This document shows, one piece after another, positions 38,929 to 53,200 of a stretch of 64,000 nt of DNA (position 1 is the stretch's first letter; each line of letters begins with the position of its first letter). Source of the DNA: Balanoglossus misakiensis. Taxonomy: Eukaryota; Animalia; Hemichordata. The stretch covers positions 1,736,001 to 1,800,000 of the forward strand of contig CM082577.2 of the NCBI GenBank assembly GCA_040954595.2, given 5' to 3'. A model generated the notes under the pieces. The model searched no databases. It saw nothing but the letters and a program-made list of their open reading frames with translations, and was not told the DNA's origin. A program made the translations under genes and the position numbers.

Positions 38929-41229
38929 GCAAGTGCTTTGGCAACAACACGACTAACCCCCAAAATTTCAACATTTTAAATGTTCTGGTCTTCAGCCTCA
39001 ACAAGGAGAAATACAAAATGTCTTTAATTAACAATGGCCCTTCACATTATTCTTATAGACTGGAAAGTGAGAGGGGAAGAGCGCCTCCATTGGCAGATCT
39101 TGTCATTACAGTACATTGTACTTGGGTCATACTGCTTGTACAGTACCAGTCGTATAAGAGAATACGAAAAAGCCGTGAATATGATTAAAATAGCATTTTC
39201 GCAATTTATTTCCTCAATCAAAGAAATAAACATTTTGGCTTAAAATCTACAGCAAAAAAATCTTTAAAATTAGCCATTGAACGTCAAAGTAACATAACTA
39301 CGGACATTCTGAATTACGTCAGAGACACTCGAGCCAAAGGAAAAGAATATTCTCATGTCGAGAATGAAAAATTCTGATTGTCGAATGATTGCCCACAGCT
39401 AAATAAGCCGAAATTAAATTCCTGCCAGTCTCTTGTCCGAGTTACCATGGTTACACTACTTCGATGGGTTCAACAAAAGATATTCAGCACCTGTAATAAG
39501 TACTGTATTTAACGATATAATTCTCCGTCTGAAAAAAAAATATTTTCTTAAATTTGAAGTTTGTTCACTCCCAATTTCTAAACTCCGTCCCCCAAAGAAA
39601 CAAAATACAAAAATAGTGTCAATAAGTACGATATCATTATTGCCTCGAAAAGTAATATTCTTGTATTCCAAAGTTTATATATACCCCTCTAAATATAACC
39701 CTCCACATTTTTGTAAATGACGCTTCGCTCTGCTTAGCTTACTAATCCAAAATGATCACAGCGCAAAGATGTTTGAAGATATAACTGAAAAGGACGCCAT
39801 CACTTCAAGACGAGCCGCCCTCGTGGTTTCTGGGACGCGCTTTACTCTTCCGGAAGTATGCGTCTTGAAAATAAGTTTTTAAAAAATTGTCATTTTTTTT
39901 GGTCAAGTCAACTTTAGAGTTTTTTCTCTGAAAATTGAGATTAAAATTGGGGCCCACCGTGCACAATTTTGAAAGTGAGGACAAAATTGTCTCATGCAGG
40001 TTTGATAGGATTTTTTTTTCAAAATGGCCGCCAAGTTGACTCTGATGGAAAAAATCTGTCCCCAAGGCGCAAACAACTTTCGCAAAAAGCATCCCATGCC
40101 CTCTACGCTAGAAACCAAGGAAAAACAAACGTTTAGAAGCATTTATCTTGTTGTGCAGTGTTCACAGTTTAGCGACCCTCAATACACACGAGTCATGGAT
40201 TTTTATTCTATACTTCAGGCGAATAATGTAAAAATCGATCGATTTATATGTACACAACAGCACAATCGATTCAGAAATTTGCTATCGTGTTGTATTGTAC
40301 AGTTTATCCGGAAATTGTACAGCTTAAAAGTAATTAACACTGTCATCATTTTTATTGGAATTTGCAGAAGTACGAACCCCGAAAACGGAAACAGGAATAA
40401 TCGGGACATTTTGTCAATAAAGAGAGCTGCGCTCCTATTTCAAACGTACCAATAAAAATCACACGGTTTTCTTTTATACGACAGACAGTCTTCATACGCC
40501 TCAACAGGAACATTGTTCAGTGAAGGCTACAAAATAGTAAAATTTGTTTTTAAAGAAAACGACGGACAGGGACGATTTGATTAAAATTTGAGTGAGTTAA
40601 AAATCGCATTTCGAGCTGCATTAGATATTTCATAAGTTTTTATCGATTTTCGTCTCAACTAATGTCAGTCAGTGAGTTCACCGTGATTTGAGTTAATATT
40701 GATCCTGCAAAAGGAATAAAAGAGCTATTTTACAACTAGAATTTACATATCTTGTGACCGTGACGATGAACGCCGCCAAAGTACTGGTTGGAAACCCCAA
40801 TGAAAATACGCTGGGTCTCAATAAGAACATTGTGATTGGTTTACAAAACTCCACACAATGATATGCTAAAAACATTAACCAATCAGAACACACCTTTTGA
40901 TAACGAATGGCAAGTGCGTGTAGTTATTGGGACGAAAGTTACGATTGGTTATCAGCCACCCCCTCATGTGATATGATGAAAGGAATCAACCAATCAACAA
41001 TTATAAGACGTCTTTGAATATAGTCGACTGGTGCGCGCCAACGACCCCCATTGGTTCACGTTGAACTTCAGAAGTTACTATGAACCAAATCTAAAATCCC
41101 AAAGAAAATATCCCCCAAGTACATGATAAGATCTTGATGAACTTGTGCCATCAATTTGACATTGCACTAAAAAGAAACAAAAATAAGAACAGGTGATAAA
41201 AAAGTCGCGATATGCATTTTGTGAATTTT

Positions 41230-44200
41230 TCACCAGAACCACGCCTCGTTGCTCGGCGAGGGTTCACGGTAATTCTGGATTAACGGCTCTGATTTTAAAA
41301 CAGCAAAAACTCCTTTTTGTTTGATGCAGTTATCAACCGTCTTCAGAATGATCGAGAGTCTCCTGTCAAGTGCATCAAAATGCGGTTCGAACAAGACGGG
41401 TGCAATCTTGTCGTAGTACATGGAGTCCCTCATGACGTCACCGAGTTTGTATCTGTCTGTCGCCAGGAGTTGCAGACGCTGGTACGTGGATTTCCGCATA
41501 CTGTGGAACAGAGACAGATGTTGGCGAATGTCAGTAAAAGTGGCATTCCAAAAGACCATTCTCATGTGGTACACGACAAACAAGACATGACCATCGTGTT
41601 AAACGGCACAAAAACTATACTTTTGTTAAACTCAGCACATATTCTAGATTCATACAAAGCTTGATTTGTACTTATCGGCTAGCAACCTGTCGCAATGAAC
41701 TGAAAATCACTAGTATTTTCTAACAAGACCAGAGAGTCCCAAGAGTCTCAGCTACATCTGATCAAATCAAAGAGTGTTGACGATGCATGTGAAAATTATT
41801 TTAAACACGTGATGGATGATTGATTATATTGGATATCTAATTTACTTACAGACAACAGTGAACTACTGGAATTAATATCGACATTTCATCGTGGGCATGT
41901 TTTCCAAACCTATGAAAAGAGAGAAACAATGAGTTGTGTAAGTATTTGATGAGGAAATCCTCATAAGCAGCTGTTTCGTCACACCTGGACGTATATCCGT
42001 GGAGCGGAAATAGATGGCTCTGGTTCGCGAGAATGTCACTCTGCATCTGGCCTATGTACATCCTACGTCATCGGCAACGAATTCTTCAACCATATTTACA
42101 AAGTATAGAAATATTATAAACGTTAAGACATAACATGGGAGTGCAACTTACGATCTGCCCTGGTCCAAGTGTAAGGGGTACGTAAAATTACCAAATTTGT
42201 CAAACGTTTCATAGTGGTGACGATCCATGTTTCCTGAAAAGAATGGTTAGAGTTTCAGTTGACGAAGAATGCATCGACAGGGTACTCTAAAAACAAAATT
42301 TTGACTGTGTGTGTGTGTGTGTCACAAAATAACGAATCACGAAACCACGCGCGTTTGCGACAAAACATGTTTGTGAACGGTACTGCTCAGTCTATTTTAT
42401 TCCATTAGCAATACCTATGAGAAAGTCGTACACAGACAGGTCCATCAGGTCGAGAAGACGACGACCGGAGTTGTAGGGATGCTTGGTTCGAACCACTTCA
42501 CAGTAATCGGGGTCGTCTTCCCATCTACAGAGAGAAACAGCAGTGATGGATTAATATCCATGCAATACAATCAACGGAATACTAGTACCTATGAACATCC
42601 TATTCATGCAAAAATATAGGCAAACAAACGTTGAAACTAACTCTAAAATCTCGGACAATGTTCACTGCTGAGTTTTTATTGTCTCCTGTAGAATGCAGCT
42701 AATTTTCACATTTCAAAAAAATCCAACGTTAAAAAATTGCCGTATGAACAATATGAATATATCCTTACATGGCTTTTCTGTGTTTGCTATATGATCGTCT
42801 CCATGGATGCCTCCATGTCTTCCTGGGCGCCATTTTGAATGGGGGAAGGTAGGCGGCGAAGGAGCCCTCGATCATATCGGGATGTCCGCAGACTGCCGTC
42901 TCAGTCTGACAGTAGTATGAACAGTGACCAACAAAACATAAATTGTTGGCTGAAACATTAAAAAAAAAGAAATCTGACAATCGAGAACTATAGAGAAAAT
43001 ACAGTTGTGTGCATTTTTTTGTATTTACAGTAAACGACAACACAGTGGCACTATAAGATGATTATTTCTCGAAGAGTTGTGACGTCATGCCGCGCATATA
43101 TATGTACAGAAATTTAGGAAAGATATTGGATATTGCTTTATACAATTTTTTTGCCATGGGAACACTTGACTCTGTTAGCACAGAGGTACAAAGTAAACAG
43201 AGTTGTCAGTACTAAATAGCCGTGCAATATATCTGACCATATTTCTCGATCCGTTTATAAAACTTGTCCATTAAAACTGACAAATATTGATCATTCTCCG
43301 GGACGTACGGTTAAATACATATGGTGAGCAATGAGTAAAAATCCTCTCAGCAGCTGTATAAAGTTTCAGCCAGTGAGTTGATGTAGTGCGATCATATAGT
43401 CGTGTAGAGATAGATATATGTGTGCGTATCTTTTTCTCACTCACCGGGAGAACGGAAGAATGACTTTCTGAGCGAAGAATCGGCGAGGTTGTAGATTTCC
43501 GTTGTCATGTTCAACCATCGGCCGGCCTGTGGGGGCGCCCTCCTGAAGTCCAGTATTCTGAATGAGAAAAGAAATGAGCCGATTTTATCTGAGATTTTAG
43601 GGAAAGCGCGTATTATTAAATCAGTTTTTCACAACACAGTTAATATGACAGTTTTCTTGACCGCTTATACCTGTCTACGTGAAAGGCTGCGATTTCCGCA
43701 TTGTGACGTTCGATGTCCGAGAAGTAGAAGTGGTCCGGTACGGTCTGGTATTCCCTGGGCACTCTGAAATACAAACGAGAGACGCAAGTTGATGAATAAA
43801 ATTTATTTATTTATTCGTTTGTTTATTCAATATTCTCAGCCCAGCAATGGGCTGAAGGGTACACCTACAGTCGAGACTGTGTCTTTCGAATTTCAGTTGC
43901 CCACTAACTCTCGATTCGACCACGTGGCACCCGAGTCCTCGACCGACCCATCATGTTTTTTCACTGGTAGTCCTGCGGTATCTCTTTCTGCGCAGTCACG
44001 CGATACGGATACAACGCAGGCGCACCCCTCTTCACGACCTATCTGATCACAAAAGACTTGCATGATTATTACCTGTGCCGAGTTTGATTTGCAGCTCGGA
44101 TCGATGATGACACGCGATTCTCTCACTCGAAAATCATGTACAAATTAACCCAGGCAATATGTTTTTGTTGATTGACGGGTAATTTCCCTGATGAGGATGC

Positions 44201-47200
44201 CGTTCGCCAGATGTTTCTGGAGAGGCTCATCAGGTCACAATTTAAATTAATTTAACTTTACAGAGTAAATAGATGTCCCGTGCGTGATTCCTTATGGTAG
44301 GCGGCCTACACTTGTTTTTGAGTTACCTTCAGTTGTCGGAGTTCTACTGCGTTAAGCATCGATATTTCTCAGTGTAAGGCGAGGTTGAAATCTGAAATGT
44401 CAGCGCTGCGGGAACACTCATCACATAACATCACTTTCCTGTGACACATTCAAGCATGCAGCCAAAGCACTTCATCAAGGTATCTAAAAGTTATAAATTA
44501 CATCCCGCCAGACTCAGGGGTTAATAACATGGCGGCCTAACAACAAGACTTCGGGAAAATATCAATCTCTTCTTGGCATACCGCTTCATTTTTTCCCCTT
44601 CTTTATGAATCACATTCTATGATAGAGTCCTATTTCAAATTACGGCACCAGAATCTTATCAGTGGCCTGCCAGCTCAGATAATATGTAGATATACGACCA
44701 CACGATTTGTATGGAAGTAAAAACCGCGGGTTATTTATTACGTCGTTATTTTTCTTCAAATGAAACGATGTTTCAGTTAAGGGAAATTTTGCCTTTGGGG
44801 TTGGTCTCGGAATTGCTCGCTTGATACACACAAGACGGCAAATTTCGGCGGGGAAGCTGTTAGCCAAAATTTAGGGCGCTCGCTTTGGGCACGCTATGAT
44901 AATATGATTTGGAAACGGAATTCGTTAGACTCCGAATGATTGGAGCGATGCTTGATAACATCATGATATTTACCAGTCGTTTCGAGTTCATTGCGCGTGA
45001 AACGGCGGCAATAACATGTCTCATAAAATGTTCCCGCGGTCTGATGAAGTCGGTTTTTCCCGTCGACCGCGCTTTAGTGTCGATCTGTAATCCAGCTAAA
45101 CGACAAATTTCGCTTCGCATTGATTTCAAGAAGTCATTCATCACTCCCGAGTTTGCGCCGAAATCTGTGACGTAATGCCGCCAGTTAGAAAGTGTTTGCC
45201 GCCGAATATCGGATACTCGGTTACAGGAAGTTTGATAAGGTATAAATAACGTTAAAGTCGTGAAGTTCGGTGGTTAAGGAAATTGGAGCATATAAAAATA
45301 CTCATTTCAATAAAACTCGACAAATTTTTAGGAACACGTCGTTAGAAAAAATATATCATGACCTACAGATTACATAAAATCTGAAAATATTAGCAGAGGT
45401 GAATGACATTCGTTTGGCGGCGAAAACTAGATAATTCCCAAGCTAATTTTTGCGATATCCCGTTCTCGTTAATTAGGGAAGCGGGAGGAATATGGGCCAC
45501 ATTTTCGAGTGTCCAAGTACTGTGTCGAGATGCTTGCTGACTATCAACAAAACGGATCGACCCTTTTCCGCAGCGATACCAGGTTGCCGACGCGCCGTTG
45601 AGATTTCTCAGCAAAATGCCAGGTGACTGACTTCCCAGCACGACTTGAAAGCACAATTTCTGCTAATTGATCCATTTCAGTCAATCTTACTCAACGCTCA
45701 AGTCTTCCCATCTCGGTAGAAACGCATTAAATTTAGCGGCTAAAAGCCAATTCCAACTTTCCCGGGGGCACGATTGGTAAATCGTCGACATTTTATCGGC
45801 TACAAGCAACTGATGGAACTTGGGAAGACATGTCTTCTCTGCAGCCTCGCGGGAAAACGTTGCCATGGAGATGACATCCAGTGCGCCCACGCGGGGCAGA
45901 TTCATCTCGCCGCGTTGCCAAACTTGGTCCAAACTCGTAAAAATTAAAGGTAATATATATCATGACGAACGAGTTTTTTCGGGGTTTTTTAAACGTGTCA
46001 TTCAGATTTGAATTTTAAAATTGTGCGTATAGAAATGGACATGAATATATAAATTTATATTAAAACGTTGTGATTTAAGATGGTGCAAAGTTTACAGCAC
46101 TCGTTAGCAAAATGGCCCCTGGAGATGCACTTATGAAACGGATGCGAGATATTTGAATATGTACTTTATAGATGGGAGCGATAAAAATACATGTTGAACA
46201 CTTGAAAGGTCTGTAAGGCAATTGTATTTGTTTAATATTAATTTGTAAACCCCCGCACATATGAACGATTTTACCCGCTGCGCTCTAAGCTCGTAAAACA
46301 AAGTTTCTTCGATGTTGAGGAATTAACTTCTGAAATTTACAGTAATTGTTTCAGGCCCGAGGGTGTAGACTAGTTCGCCTCCATGTTATTCCCATGCGGC
46401 GCAATGATCTAGTTTCTGTATTTAAGACTTCCGGCGTGTCACAACACTGAACGTTAAATTAATACGACTCGGCGCTTCATCGGTTACTAAGGCGCTTCTT
46501 GAAAAGTGTTTCATCATGTGAATTCCAAAAAAGCAGTGCTGGATATTAAAACGTCATATGTGGAAATGACATGTTGGAAATTTTTCTTCTGGCGAATTAG
46601 TGAAAAGACGAAATATGCTCTGATTTTTGGAGGGAAGAACTGCAGAAGCGATCGTAAAATGTGAATTATGTACTTACTTCCAGGGTTTGAAAAGTGCCTG
46701 TCCGCCATCGGTGTAATCTATTATTAGTTTGACCTGTGTACCGCCATTTTTCTCATCTGAAAAATGAACGAATATTACAGAATATAAAAAAAACAGAATA
46801 TGGCCAAGGAGCGCAACTGTAGAACAAAATAATCAGTCTTGGAAAGAAACCCATCTTTTTCTAATCGGAAGATCTGATACAACTACGGCTTAATGGGTAA
46901 ATGAAATTATCCCCAACTTAACGTTAAAATCTGTGAACTCATTAGACAGCGTTTGGCAGCGGCAAACATCTTGTCTTAGAATAAACCCATAACCCCCCTG
47001 CAGATGATTTCGTTCACCCCAAACCAAACGCCCCACTCATCCGAACGTTCCTAATAAGAGCATGAGAAGATTTACACTGTTACTTTCAACCGTGCCATTT
47101 TATTTTGCCGCGCCGCTTTAATTAAATTTCCTCTCCTGAAAAAAAATCATCGACAGGTCAAAGTTTCAACATTTATTTTATCTAATACTGGTGATAGATG

Positions 47201-50200
47201 TACGAGCGTTGTCGTTAATTGGTTACGTCACAGACCATATGAAGTTTTATTGATTTCAACCGCGCGCATAATTAATGGGCAGAATACATCCATACGTTAA
47301 TATTAACGAACTTAACTTAATTTGACAATGATTGGCGCTGCCTAAAGTAGATTACATTTTTATGCCAAAACGAATGTTCGTCAGCATATTCCCCTCTACG
47401 CTCAAGATGCACGAACACACGCGCACACATGCGCACGTGTTGGCGCTGGATGCAGTCAATGACATTTAGATGCCTTAAAAGTCGTGAATGCCACTCGTCT
47501 GCGTCAAAAGAAAGAATCGCGTGCAGCAAATCGTTCTCGGCGAAACAATGTTAACCGTCAGGTATTTACCGTAACGAACCACAAATTACTTGGCACTGAG
47601 ATTTCGCACTGTCGTTATCTTGCAATCAAAATATCAAAGCATGGGCGGGAGGAAGATTAAAATCGTTGCCACGGCGACACGTGGAAAAGGAAGGTGGTGC
47701 GGTGATCACGGGGTTGGGGGGGGGGGGTATGGTAATGCCCACACAGTGTCGACGAAGCTCGCTGCGCAAAGATTCACGAGGATACTGCATCGCGTTTCGG
47801 TTTTTGAGCGCATTTTTCGCTGGTTGGAGGGGATCGTAAACCAATAACCCAGAATTGAAAGCGTTTGACAAATTGATTTATTGTGTGTGACTTGTTTTGT
47901 GCACGCATTAATAGCTGATAATAGCAAATTAATCCCAAATAATACCGACAGATGTTACAGGGTTCGCCTACGACGCCTTTAAATGTTTAAAAAAACTTTG
48001 GTTGAGGCTCCAAATCAATAACACAGTAACAACATATGGATTCTAAATTGGTGCTTATTGATTACACCTATTTTGAAAAACCACGTCAATTTTCAAAACG
48101 TCGTCGTACATTTTACCACGCCATTCTACGAAAATAATTGATTTCGTTTATCCAGGACTGGAAAAAATCATCAAACTCAAGATTTAAGTAAAATTGATAT
48201 ACATGTACAATGTTTTGTGTGGAATACTTCGGAAAAATAAGCCTATGAGCTTATAGTCTTCTAAATGTAATTAATAAGGTTAAACGATGAAATCGAAAAA
48301 CATAAGTAGCCGTTTACTGATTCTTCTCCGCTCCGAGCCGACGAGCCGAGTCCTTTCTTCGGCGGTTTTGATACAAGTAGGTTCCGGTTACCCTTTGAAA
48401 GCGCTCTCTCGATAGCCGTCGTCTCCGTTACCCTTTCCTTGCAATTTCGCTCTATATCGGTAATCACGCTCCCTCGGGAAGAATTACTGGAGGTTTTTCA
48501 TTGTCGGCCAATCTCGCTGATGCTGACCTATCACGGCGGCTTGCGCGTTCCGTTACCTCCAGTTTCCACATTAATAGGAACGTTGAAGATGGCGTATCGA
48601 TTGGGGTATTTTCAATGCGAAATACGGTTTGATATTTCAGAGATTTTCTTTACAGATATATGAATATCTTTTCCAGAAGTAATACGAGTTGATTTTCATT
48701 TTATCAGATATATAAACATATTTTTATAAGAATAATATTCTTGATGAAAAATAAAAGATAACTGGCCTAATACGACAGCACGAACAGATTTAGCTTCTAT
48801 GCTCACGTGGAGCTAAAGCCCTTTTCGAGGCTATCATTTTGTCGATGGCTAGATTAGCTCTCATGTGAGAGTGGTTGGACGCTGACACGCGGCGCCACAT
48901 TAATCAACCACATGTTATACAGCATTAGAGACACGTGTAAAATTAATCTTTCTCTCTGAACATCCATTTCCACAAGGCACCGATGGATGATGATTGCAAC
49001 AAAACTTAGTCAAGTAACTATACTTGTAGTTTTTACACTTTCGAAAGGGCGCATGCGCTCGACTCTCATCTATACGTGTACATTTCAATTCCGGTATTGC
49101 GTGTTAAAGTACACGCCCGTCTTGTACAACCATCGGGATAGTCGAAAATTACCGGTCTACATAGACTGACCTTCCGCTCATGAAACACTCGCAATTTAAT
49201 CTCCTCTCCAATTTGCTCTTATCACGCGATGTTTTCCGCGCCACAATGCGAAAAACCAAGATCATAATTCACCCCTTTCGCTCGCAAAGCGTTCGATAAA
49301 TCAGTTTTGCCGGGCTGTAATTGAGCGTGAGAAGTCAAATAATTCAATCTTGGGCGACTTGTCAATTTGGATAACTAGTTTTCGAGCTCTGAGGCACTTG
49401 ACAAAAATCAAAGATTATCACAACCACTTGAAACCAAATCAATTCATTAATATCCTGACTGCGTGTAAAACCCGCCAATTCGCAAATTGATCGCTAATTT
49501 TGAAGTAATTTGTTTAACATCAAAATTCCCTCCGAAAGGAATGTTAAGGTTACTAGCAGCTCTGGCATTTCTTCCGCGTCGATTGCGCAACGGAAGTTTT
49601 GAAAACATCCCAACACAAGAAAGTCTCGGCGATATAGAAACCTTAGTATGTCTGGCTGGTTTCTTCGAAGTGCGAATATTGTGGTTTTATTGTACAATGT
49701 AGATCGGGTGCATTATAACTCACCGACTTCGGCTAACTCCATATTGGCCAGGTCGTCCAGCAGTACAGGTATATAGGGCGAATTGTGCTCGTACAGCGCG
49801 TATCTCGTAATTCCATTCTGAAACCGTTCCCAGGCCGGGACTTTACGGCTGCAGGGAAAGAGAGAGAAGGGGAAAAAGCAAAGTAATTTAATTGAATTTT
49901 TACGATAACATCAAACGTGAACAACTTCTCGTTTCCGATGAGATAAAAAGGTAAAGCAGGTTCGTTGCATCTAAACGGATGGCGGGAGAAAGTAAATGAC
50001 GCTGAGCTTAATGAACACGCAATCTGAAGCGGGCTAAACCGAGCGTGACTGACCGCAACTCTGCTAAGGATGTTTGAGTTTCCGGCAATTTGGGAGGAAA
50101 TGTGAATAACATATTGAATAAATGATGAATGTGTAAATATCATCATCACAATACTACCCCATTGCTCTGAAAGACATCCACTTATATCGATGCCGGATTT

Positions 50201-53200
50201 TCTGTAATGTAAACTTTCATTGACGTGTCTGCTCTGATTGGTTGTAGCCCGGAATGCGAGTTCAACGCACTCTTAGGAAAACTTCAGAAAAACTTCCCAG
50301 AAGTTTACCTTACTGCATTATTTTTAGTACGAGGCGAGTGGAAATACAAAATGACGAAGACTACTGTATATGACAAAGGAAAGGAGTTGGGCGGGATCTT
50401 TTTTACCCGTCGCATTTATTTCAAAATGGGGGTGCATGCGATATTATTGTCGGGTTGGTCTGATGGGGTGGGTGCATGGTGGTATGGATTGGGGCATTTT
50501 GACCCAGGAGACTATGTATTGTGAATGTACAGTATCACTACTGTGGGCTACCCAGCTTGATGGCTTGATTCGTATGCTACTTGAAATCTTTGAAATAAAA
50601 GCGTGACCAAAGGCGAGGCTTTCTTCAATGCTAACAATCCCACTAAGAGCTCTCAAAGAGATGTCTGATTGCTAAATGCTGACACCGCATCGATCGATTT
50701 CCGCGGCGCTGTTGAAACAACGCGCGATTTTGTAATTAGATTTAACACGCGGCGCGTGCAGGGATCGACATCTGCTAAAATTCTGCAGATAATCTTACTA
50801 AGAATCGGATCTGTTGACTGGGAGGCAGAAAATATGAAGGACATTGATCATCTGGTAATATAAATGGGTTGAATGCGAATGCAAGACGGTATAAATCTGG
50901 GCAATAAATATTATATGTCAGAGTCGTGAAACATGAAAACTGACGATGCAGTGGCGTGAATCGATGGCAATCAGGGGAAGGCAAATCAATGTTAATTTAG
51001 GTGGTAAAATCGATTTAATTTCATTAAAAGACGGAAATGGGATAGAAGTTATCGAGAGAGGAGAAGAACACTGGCGATGCAATCGGATAGAAAGCGGGAT
51101 TTACTACCTTGGTTTAGATCTAAAGCGTAGAAAAGAAGCGGTTGTAATATTTATAAATTGGATTCAGGTGAAGTAAAATGGGGAGGAATTTGAATAGCCT
51201 TGGCAGGACCGACCTACCTTTTAACGCTCTGTTTGGATGATCTGAGGTGGCGTGAAAGAAAGATACATAAATCGATCAGTTTTATACACAGTATAATAAT
51301 CGTGAAAATTACTGGCAATAAGCCCAGTGGGGTGTTGTTGTGATCAAGTGGTAATGTTACCGGTGCATGTAAAGATGATTTTTGACACAGACCGACAGAC
51401 AGTCAGTCAGTCAGACGGACGTACAGACAGACAGACACAAAGACAGGAAAATAGGCAGATCGAAACACAGCCAGGGTCACGAACGCAGAAAAGCTGCCAC
51501 TGCAATCAATGTTAAATATACAGTTATCAATTCATGCCATCCTTATATATTATTTCCACAAGATGACATCTTTGCGTGACTATACTATAATACTATTAAA
51601 CAACAGACTATATCGTTTTGGTGTACACGCGGCATAACCATTATCATCTTTAAGACCACACCTTGTTTGACAAAATTTCACGCGAATGACTGAAACCTTA
51701 ACATTTCAGAGTTCTATGAAGGCTATTCTGAACAGCGAAACAGACAGAAACGTGGGTGTAGTCTGACGTACGCACATTTTAATCGCCTGGCACATTTTTG
51801 TTGTTGATACAACAGTCATGCTTTTTAGCAGGTACCAGCATTATACGCCCGCGAAATAACACGGAAGCAGCTGTTGATCTGACGTTGGTTCTTGGGTATA
51901 AATTATTTCATACACCAACAGAAAAAAAGAACGAAATGACGAGTGCAATAGATTGCATTTCACGTCAACTGCATTAACCCCTGTAACTCGCTCAGTTCAG
52001 GAAATGAGCGTTTCCATATGTTTGACGTAAAGTGCAGTCTCTGTTAGTGGCCAGGTAAACTATGTTTGACGGGGGGCATTCAGAAACAAAGCGTGAATAA
52101 TTTATGAAAAATAATCCAGATAGAGGTTTCTGGCTCCTGTGCATGTCCGGTGTTCGTAATTTCTCTTCTGTAAAACGCTGTTTGCACAATTGAGTGCAGT
52201 GCAATACGGACGCGGGTGGGAACAGAGATTCCTGCGCTCGCATATGCTGCATCCGTTGTTGATGGATCTATTAATGTAGTGCCGCGAATTATTTACTGCC
52301 GTTAGCTTCTCGGCACCGACTGGTGGTACCATGTTGTGATTTGTGCACTGCCACGACTATGGCGGCTGGCCTGTCAATTCTTCAGCCCATTACTTGAATT
52401 ATTCAATGGCAAAATTGAATTATTAAGAAAATACGGCAGTATTGGTTTCATTATCCGATCAACTAGCCAACCAACCCAGTTAGTCGTTCAATCAACCAAT
52501 CTAACGATCAATCAATCAATCAGTCAGTTTTTCAGTCACGTGATCAGTCAGTTGCACATTTACCTATTGAGCCTAATTATGAGGCATCATGGGAACTCTG
52601 TCTCACACCGTTCCTTCCATCAACAAATTTGGTTCAAAAGATAAAAAATAATTTCTGTGCATCAACTGCTGGTCGGCACAAGTGTTCCTCAGTCATTACT
52701 GACGCCATTTTGTATTGAATTTAACTCCGGACTTGAAATATGCATTTTCCAACGTTACGGTAACAACTATAGTCTTGTTACACATATATGATTGAAATGC
52801 TGGCGAGTAAAGATTACTGCTCATTTCAGCATGCTGTGAGGAGCTTAACAAGAAACAGTCCCATACAGAACAAAAATGATGCAAACAAAGTTTTACAGTC
52901 ACTGCCCCTTTAACTGGCAAATTATATAGATCTACACCGTCAACATTGGAAAGGGGGTCATTTCAATTACAACATGCGTGTGTCGCTACCTTCGAACATC
53001 ATTTACGAAAGGAACCGTGGAACGCCATACACTGGGCTTGAAGCGTGAAATATGGTTTCGAGCTAACCATACGGTTCAGGAAAAATTCAGTAATCATCCT
53101 CTTTTAATGGCTTTTCTAGTGCTGACAATGGTACCACCGGAAAATAATTACGATACATTGGTACTTTGAAAAGAAGGCAAATGGATATTCTTGTGTACAG

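Noticed and set aside
39780-40110. Possible interspersed repeat/MITE fragment
   Set aside because: The composition looks repeat-like, but I could not define TIRs, a TSD or a second copy in the window.
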